Origin: the human T2T-CHM13v2.0 reference genome, Homo sapiens
NCBI RefSeq assembly: GCF_009914755.1
Contig: NC_060937.1
Strand: one strand, 5' to 3'
Length of the DNA: 64,000 nt
Shown here piece after piece: positions 29,423 to 35,717 of this stretch. Position 1 is the first letter of the stretch; each line of letters begins with the position of its first letter. The translations under genes were made by a program, and so were the position numbers. The notes under the pieces were generated by a model, which saw only the letters and a program-made list of their open reading frames with translations, ran no database searches and was not told the origin of the DNA.

Positions 29423-29448
29423 TTCTGAGAATTCCGGAATTTCCTGAA
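29423..29448. promoter_or_regulatory. STAT (GAS) site TTCTGAGAA with adjacent TTCCGGAA, TTCCTGAA and kB-like GGAATTTCC
   Basis: Motifs read directly, ~830 bp upstream of the inferred TSS. Confidence 0.45.
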
Positions 29449-30139
29449 CCACAATGTGAAGAAGGAGGTGCTCCTGATTGGGCTTCTTTTCTCAGCTTTG
29501 TGGTTGTTTATGAGGTTCTTTCCGAGCTATGCTATTTCTACTGGAGAACCCAGAGTTCTTACTAAATGCAGCTGGGCATGAGAGGGGAGGCTCAGGTACT
29601 GCAGCTGTGAAACCTCTGCTCGGGCATGCGTTTTGGTTTACACGCGGCCAGGTTAAGGAAACACATTGCCACGAAGTGTGCATTCACAAGAGTGTCGGGT
29701 GTAATGTATTTATTTCTGGGTCTCAAACGATCTTTGCAGCGAGTAATTCTGTTTCGATGTTAAAGTCACTGGATTTTACTTCTCTGGTTCCGGTTGGCCT
29801 GGAGCAGGCCCCTAATTACCTCGGAAACCCACCAAGGGCCGGTAAAGTAATAAACTGTGATCGCACAGCGTACACGTCGAGTCCCAGGGAGAGCAGGGCT
29901 CCCAGGAAGCCCCGGGAAGCGTGCGCTTCCAGGAGGGTGTGCGGCGCGCGGGGGTCTGCACGCGCGCAGAGCTTGTTAACGGAGGGCGTGCCGGAGGCGT
30001 GGCGCGAGGTGTTCGGGCGAGGCGCTCCGCGAGGCAGGCGGCGGTGGGCGGGCCACGGGGGAGCGCGGCCCGGGGAAGGCTGCGCGGCGCCGCCAGCGGC
30101 TCCCGGCTCCCGCTCTCCCGGCCGCCAAGAACGAGCCGC

Positions 30140-30330
30140 CGTGGGCGGGGCCTGCGGTGATTGGCGGGCGGGCGGGGAGGTCGGAAGTACTTTGTTTTTT
30201 ATGCTAATGAGGGAGTGGGGCTTGTCCGTATTTACGTTGAGGCGGGAGCCGCCGCCCTTCATTCACCCACATGGTCCTTCGAGGTGCCGCCGCCGCCGCC
30301 CGACCTGCGCCTTCGCGCCACTTCGCGCCC
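30140..30330 (+). promoter_or_regulatory. Core promoter: GC boxes, inverted CCAAT (ATTGG 30160-30164) overlapping E2F-like TTGGCGGG, ETS site CGGAAGT (30182-30188), non-consensus TATA (TATTTA 30229-30234), Inr-like TCATTC (+1 ~30261), tandem E2F sites CTTCGCGCC (30311-30319, 30321-30329)
   Basis: Motifs read directly. TATA-to-Inr spacing is -32. E2F1-3 and ETS (Fli-1/Spi-1) regulation of this promoter is established. Confidence 0.8.
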
Positions 30331-30511
30331 TCGGGCGAGGCCGAGGGGGTGGGGACGACTACCGCAGCGCCGCCGGGGCTCGCGCTCCTCCGCGAAGCTC
30401 TCCTCGCGGGGCGGGCCGGCCGGCCGCACCCCCGGCCTGGGGCCTCCGGTCGTAGTAAAGCGCAGGCGGGCGGGGAGGCGGGAGCAGGAGCCCGCGGCCG
30501 GCCAGCCGAAG

Positions 30512-32350
30512 ATGGTGGCGGCTACTCCTCCTGGTGAGTCTGCCCGCCCCTCCGGCGACGGAGGGAAACCTGTTGTGTGCGGCCCGGGTCTGGCGGGCGG
30601 GGCGGAGCGGCCCGGGGCGGACTGGCCCGGGGCAGCGTGGCGGCGGCGGCGTGGCCGGGGCGGGTCTCGGCCGTTGGCCGCCCCGGCGTGTGGCAGCCGC
30701 ATCTGGCTGCCCCCTCGCTCGCCCGCGGGCCGGCGGAGGGCAGGGCAGGGCCGGGGCGGGAGGGTGGGAGGGGGCGGCGTGCGCGTGGCGGCCGCGCCCG
30801 GGACCCGCGCAGACCCTGCCTGGGCCGACCCGAAGGCGGGTGGGCGGACGGCGAACACAATGGCCCCTCGGGGAGAGGACGTGCGAGGCCCGTGCCTTCT
30901 CCGGGGCCCGGGGCGCGCGCGGGGCGTGGGGTCTCTGGGTAGGAAAGTTTCTCCCGAGGGCGAGAGTTAAAGCGCCTCCAGAACAAAGCGGCGGCGGCGG
31001 CGGCACATGGGGCAGGCCGCGGGCCGGGAGGGGGCGCGCCCACGAGGTACCTGCGCGCCAGCGGGCGGCGTGGCGTGGGCGGGAGCCCGCGGTTCCCCAA
31101 ACTTTGTACGCGCGAGGGTGGGCGGAGGGGCGCCGAGATCGGCGCGGCCTGGGCGCCACCCCCGCTCCGCGTGGGCTTTGTTAGCCCGCGTGGGCAGCCT
31201 CGGGGCGGGGCCCGCAACTTCCCCGCCGTGGCCCTCGGAGGAGGCCGCAGTCGGCCTCAGCCGCGGCGTGGAGCCGCCTGCGCCCGGCCGCTTGCTGGGA
31301 GTGTGGCGCGGGAGGGCCAGCCCGGCTCGGCGGGAGCGGCGTCCCCGCCGCCATGTTCCTGCGGGGCGGGCTGCACGGGGGTGAGGGCGGGGGACATGGC
31401 GGCGACTGCGCGCCGCCGCCGATTGTTCCCGGCTTAGGCCTCGGGCCGCGTGCGACGGGCACCGCGGCCGCGGAGCCCCCGCCCCTCTGGGCCGGGCTCG
31501 GGGGGGCTGGGGGACACAAAGGAGGGGCGGCGCGCCCGCGTCCCCGCCGCACTCGGGCCTCGGCGCCGCCGGTCGCCGCGCGGCTGCCGCCGGGAAACGG
31601 GTTGGGGGGGTTGCCGCGTCCGGCGGGGCCTGACTCTGACCCGCCGCCCCCTGGCGGCTACGCGGAGAATCGCAGGGCCGCGCTCCCCCTTGTGCGACAT
31701 GTGCTGCCGGCCCGGGCTCCATGAGCGTGGCGGGCACTTTGCAGTCTCGGGTGTTCCTGCCCGGTCTTCTGTTCCTAAACTGCAGCAAAGGGAGAAGGAA
31801 CTGAAAAAGGCAGGCTCGTCGTTGCAATATCACCAAAAGAGAAAATTAACGGCATGCCATCAGGACCACAGCAGTTGGAGAAACAACTCTTTATCCCGGC
31901 TTGCAGCCACGAGGTCTTGATTGGGGGAGGGGTGGTGAAGAATAGTCTGTGGGCTGCTTTTTTTTTTTCCTTTTACTGGAGCTGTACAGTGGAGTCGGTG
32001 ATTGCTGCTGATCATAATCAAGTATTTTAGGAGCTTATTTAGACATGTATCTGATAGCTAAGGATTTTTCAACTTTATTCTCTTACGTATTTTTCAACTG
32101 TAAATTATTGGGCTTTTAAATCCTGCTAGTATTGCTCGACTCTTACTCTCACAAATGGATGGAATTAATTGCTGTTAGGAGGTTGGAAAATAGCAAATAT
32201 AGATTTGGACGGTGGTAGTAATTTTGAGCAAATAATGTTTTATCTTTTTTTTCCTTATTTTTCCCTATTCCAGTCATACACGTGGACCTAACTGCACCAG
32301 TAGCTTTTCTGAGAATACTTGCTGAAAAGGAAGTTTTCTGGAATGGGTAA
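30512..32350 (+). CDS. Candidate spliced microORF (30512-30533 + 32274-32350): MVAATPPVIHVDLTAPVAFLRILAEKEVFWNG*, 32 aa
   Basis: GAAGATGG Kozak (A at -3, G at +4). The frame stays open across the exon1-exon2 junction when translated by hand. Translation is not demonstrated. Confidence 0.3.
31698..31703 (+). promoter_or_regulatory. Non-canonical MYC E-box CATGTG in intron 1
   Basis: Lies ~1.5 kb upstream of mir-17, the position recalled for the functional MYC-bound site. Canonical CACGTG boxes also occur at 32279-32284 and 32774-32779. Confidence 0.7.
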
Positions 32351-32764
32351 GTGTATTCTGATTTTCTTGAACTTTTCTTAAAAACAAATTTTTCTTGCTA
32401 TTAAAGTTGAATAAATAGGATTGGTTTCTTAGAGAGTAAAAGTAGGTGTTTCTTTCTTTAGACAATGTACCTTTTCTGAAAAACTAACTCATTAAGTACG
32501 GATTTGCTAATTTTAAGGTAGTAAAATTACAGTGTAAATATTCCTGTACATTTTTGGAAACTGGCTTATGCAGTTTACGAAATATAATTTTAGACCCTCT
32601 TTTAAGTTGGGTGATAAAGTAGATATAACCTGAGATGATAGATTTAAACAGGATATTTACGTTCTGCTACAATTGACTGATAACACTTGAAGTGTAGTCT
32701 GAACAGTAATTTTGTTAATCATTTCAACAAGTATTTGCTAAGTGGAAGCCAGAAGAGGAGGAAA

Positions 32765-32977
32765 ATGTTTTGCCACGTGGATGTGAAGATTTCCTCTAAA
32801 AGGTACACATGGACTAAATTGCCTTTAAATGTTCCAAAATTAGTTCTCATTTATTTGCAGTCTCATTTTGTTTTGTTTTTTTTCTCTATGTGTCAATCCA
32901 TTTGGGAGAGGCCAGCCATTGGAAGAGCCACCACTTCCAGTGCTAGTTGGATGGTTGGTTATGATTGCCTTCTGTAA
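32765..32977 (+). CDS. Putative 70-aa C13orf25 ORF (MFCHVDVKISSKRYTW...GYDCLL) of the intron-retaining isoform. Splicing 32802->36509 gives a 32-aa variant ending ...KRQTCLTTSQTWVFSCSLKTH (TGA 36567-36569). Translation is doubtful
   Basis: ATG at 32765, TAA at 32975-32977. The 70-aa and 32-aa lengths match those recalled for the historical C13orf25 isoforms. No recognisable domain, and it lies downstream of stronger ATGs. Confidence 0.3.
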   Translation: MFCHVDVKISSKRYTWTKLPLNVPKLVLIYLQSHFVLFFFSMCQSIWERPAIGRATTSSASWMVGYDCLL

Positions 32978-33180
32978 AGAATTCTTAAGGCATAAATACG
33001 TGTCTAAATGGACCTCATATCTTTGAGATAATTAAACTAATTTTTTCTTCCCCATTAGGGATTATGCTGAATTTGTATGGTTTATAGTTGTTAGAGTTTG
33101 AGGTGTTAATTCTAATTATCTATTTCAAATTTAGCAGGAAAAAAGAGAACATCACCTTGTAAAACTGAAGATTGTGACCA

Positions 33181-33264
33181 GTCAGAATAATGTCAAAGTG
33201 CTTACAGTGCAGGTAGTGATATGTGCATCTACTGCAGTGAAGGCACTTGTAGCATTATGGTGAC
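33181..33264 (+). ncRNA. MIR17: pre-mir-17 hairpin (5p 33194-33216; 3p 33231-33252)
   Basis: CAAAGTGCTTACAGTGCAGGTAG and ACTGCAGTGAAGGCACTTGTAG read directly; the arms are complementary. Confidence 0.99.
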
Positions 33265-33326
33265 AGCTGCCTCGGGAAGCCAAGTTGGGCTTTAAAGTGC
33301 AGGGCCTGCTGATGTTGAGTGCTTTT

Positions 33327-33397
33327 TGTTCTAAGGTGCATCTAGTGCAGATAGTGAAGTAGATTAGCATCTACTGCCCTAAGTGCTCCTTCTGGCA
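33327..33397 (+). ncRNA. MIR18A: pre-mir-18a hairpin (5p 33332-33354)
   Basis: TAAGGTGCATCTAGTGCAGATAG and 3p arm ACTGCCCTAAGTGCTCCTTCTGG. The loop has UAG motifs (the established hnRNP A1 site). Confidence 0.99.
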
Positions 33398-33466
33398 TAA
33401 GAAGTTATGTATTCATCCAATAATTCAAGCCAAGCAAGTATATAGGTGTTTTAATAGTTTTTGTTT

Positions 33467-33548
33467 GCAGTCCTCTGTTAGTTTTGCATAGTTGCACTAC
33501 AAGAAGAATGTAGTTGTGCAAATCTATGCAAAACTGATGGTGGCCTGC
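33467..33548 (+). ncRNA. MIR19A: pre-mir-19a hairpin (3p 33515-33537)
   Basis: TGTGCAAATCTATGCAAAACTGA, with 5p arm AGTTTTGCATAGTTGCACTACA. Confidence 0.99.
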
Positions 33549-33640
33549 TATTTCCTTCAAATGAATGATTTTTACTAATTTTGTGTACTTTTATTGTGTC
33601 GATGTAGAATCTGCCTGGTCTATCTGATGTGACAGCTTCT

Positions 33641-33711
33641 GTAGCACTAAAGTGCTTATAGTGCAGGTAGTGTTTAGTTATCTACTGCATTATGAGCACT
33701 TAAAGTACTGC
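33641..33711 (+). ncRNA. MIR20A: pre-mir-20a hairpin (5p 33648-33670)
   Basis: TAAAGTGCTTATAGTGCAGGTAG, with 3p arm ACTGCATTATGAGCACTTAAAG. Confidence 0.99.
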
Positions 33712-33767
33712 TAGCTGTAGAACTCCAGCTTCGGCCTGTCGCCCAATCAAACTGTCCTGTTACTGAA

Positions 33768-33854
33768 CACTGTTCTATGGTTAGTTTTGCAGGTTTGCAT
33801 CCAGCTGTGTGATATTCTGCTGTGCAAATCCATGCAAAACTGACTGTGGTAGTG
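33768..33854 (+). ncRNA. MIR19B1: pre-mir-19b-1 hairpin (3p 33821-33843)
   Basis: TGTGCAAATCCATGCAAAACTGA, with 5p arm AGTTTTGCAGGTTTGCATCCAGC. Confidence 0.99.
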
Positions 33855-33889
33855 AAAAGTCTGTAGAAAAGTAAGGGAAACTCAAACCC

Positions 33890-33967
33890 CTTTCTACACA
33901 GGTTGGGATCGGTTGCAATGCTGTGTTTCTGTATGGTATTGCACTTGTCCCGGCCTGTTGAGTTTGG
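33890..33967 (+). ncRNA. MIR92A1: pre-mir-92a-1 hairpin (3p 33937-33958)
   Basis: TATTGCACTTGTCCCGGCCTGT, with 5p arm AGGTTGGGATCGGTTGCAATGCT. Confidence 0.99.
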
Positions 33968-35402
33968 TGGGGATTGTGACCAGAAGATTTTGAAAATTAA
34001 ATATTACTGAAGATTTCGACTTCCACTGTTAAATGTACAAGATACATGAAATATTAAAGAAAATGTGTAACTTTTTGTGTAAATACATCTTGTCTTGTTT
34101 TCATTCAAAAACATTTCACTTTTGGGGTTGCGTGTCAGATTTGGCAGTATAAATTCTGGCTATATTTTTTGTTGTTAGATTTATTTGGCTGTTAAGTATT
34201 GCGATATGACTAAACATACTGTATACCTGATGATCATCTGTAAAGTTAGAGTATATCTTTTTGCTTTCTTTGGAGTTAGTGTTATTCCAGGATATTTTAC
34301 TTAATCTAAAAGTTAATTTATGTTGCTCATATATTACTCAAGTATTTAAATTTAGAGAGAATGCCGCTCTGTTTAAAGCAATGTGTAAAGATGAGTTTTT
34401 TTAAGCATGGAATTTAGGGTTGGGGTACAATTTGTTTCTATTAAGCAAGTACCAGTTTACCAATACATGAGTAACTGAAGTGTAACTGTTAAATGCTTGT
34501 ATACTAGTTTTTCTTTCTGATTGTCAGTGATTTATAAGCTATAAATGACCAAGGTCCTCAGACTGCTTTTAGCATCTGCAACTTAAAAAAATGGGAGTTA
34601 GAAAAAGAACAAATGCTAAATAGAGTAACAGTTAAATGTATGTGTACACTCTTCCCAAATGCCAAGAGTGCAGCGGTGGGGTGAGATTCAGATATTCATT
34701 TATTTCTAAGTCTGTAGTTAACATTTATGTTCCCTACTCCCTACGTAAGCCAGACTTTGGCAACAGTGATAGTTGATTCCAGGCTTATTTGACTTAAAGT
34801 CACTGAAGTGGAAACTAAGAAGTGGCAGTTAGTGTTTTACCCAGCATTTCTGCCTTCTCTCTTTTCTTCATGTGTTTTTGTCTCTAGCCTATGTGTATTT
34901 GTGTAGAATAATGTGGGATACCTGAATAATAGATTTAAAAGGACCAAGTGGTAAAATTGGGCCCAAGCTGAAGTACAGGCAAACTTGATGTTTGAAAGAT
35001 AAGTTTTGAGAAATGTCATTGTATTTTGGAGTAAAAGAGGCTATCTTAGTAATAAGAAATAAACTTCCATAACACTAGGTTAGACCACCCAATAAATCTA
35101 GAAATCAGCTTTTAAAAATATTGTCTGAAGTCTAACAAAAGTTTTCACCTCTAATGTGTTCTTTAAGAAATTTAAGGAACTTAGCCTTGGATTCCTGAAT
35201 AGAAAGGTAAGAATTCTATCATTCTGGAGTTGATGAAAACATAAATTTTCAGGATGTGAAATGAACAGTGATTTATAAAATGGAAATCAAATTGTACATT
35301 AGCAGAGTTCTTAAGCTTTTTGAATTGAAGGAGACCTAATAATTGTGTCTTTTTGGTTATTTAGTGACAAACGTGGCTTTCAAACTATGCTTAAAAAGTT
35401 CC

Positions 35403-35685
35403 GGCTGGACACGGTGGCTCACACCTATAATCCTAGCACTTGGGGAGGCTGAGGCAGACGGATTACCTGAGGTCAGGAGTTCGAGACCAACCTGGCCGAC
35501 ATGGTGAAACGCTGTCTCTACTAAAAATATAAAAAATTAGCCGGGTGCAGTGGCGTGCACCTGTAATCCCAGCTACTCTGGAGGCTGAGGCAGGAGAATC
35601 ACCTGAACCTGGGAGGTGGAGGTTTCAGTGAGCTGAGATCCTGCCACTGCACTCCAGCCTGGGCGCAAGACCAAGACTTAAACGC

Positions 35686-35712
<27 letters not shown>
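35403..35712 (+). mobile_element. AluSx inside MIR17HG (intron 3 / retained region)
   Basis: Full dimeric Alu with A-tail; TSD-like AAAAAGTT on both sides. Confidence 0.95.

Positions 35713-35717
<5 letters not shown>

Larger units (their letters stand above)
29600..31900. promoter_or_regulatory. CpG island covering the MIR17HG promoter, exon 1 and the 5' part of intron 1
   Basis: Abrupt shift from AT-rich, CpG-depleted DNA to very GC-rich, CpG-dense DNA with many GGGCGG boxes. Confidence 0.95.

Noticed and set aside
31734-31740. miR-17/20 seed match GCACTTT in intron 1
   Set aside because: A single 7-mer is expected by chance in several kb, and it is intronic, so unlikely to meet cytoplasmic RISC.
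29492-31920. Many long overlapping ORFs (up to 308 aa) on both strands
   Set aside because: Ala/Arg/Gly/Pro-rich, no domains, many with non-ATG starts. This is the expected artefact of a stop-poor CpG island.
33181-33967. Regularly spaced related hairpins suggesting a CRISPR-like or novel repeat array
   Set aside because: They are exact matches to known miRNA precursors in eukaryotic DNA, with no identical repeats and no cas genes.
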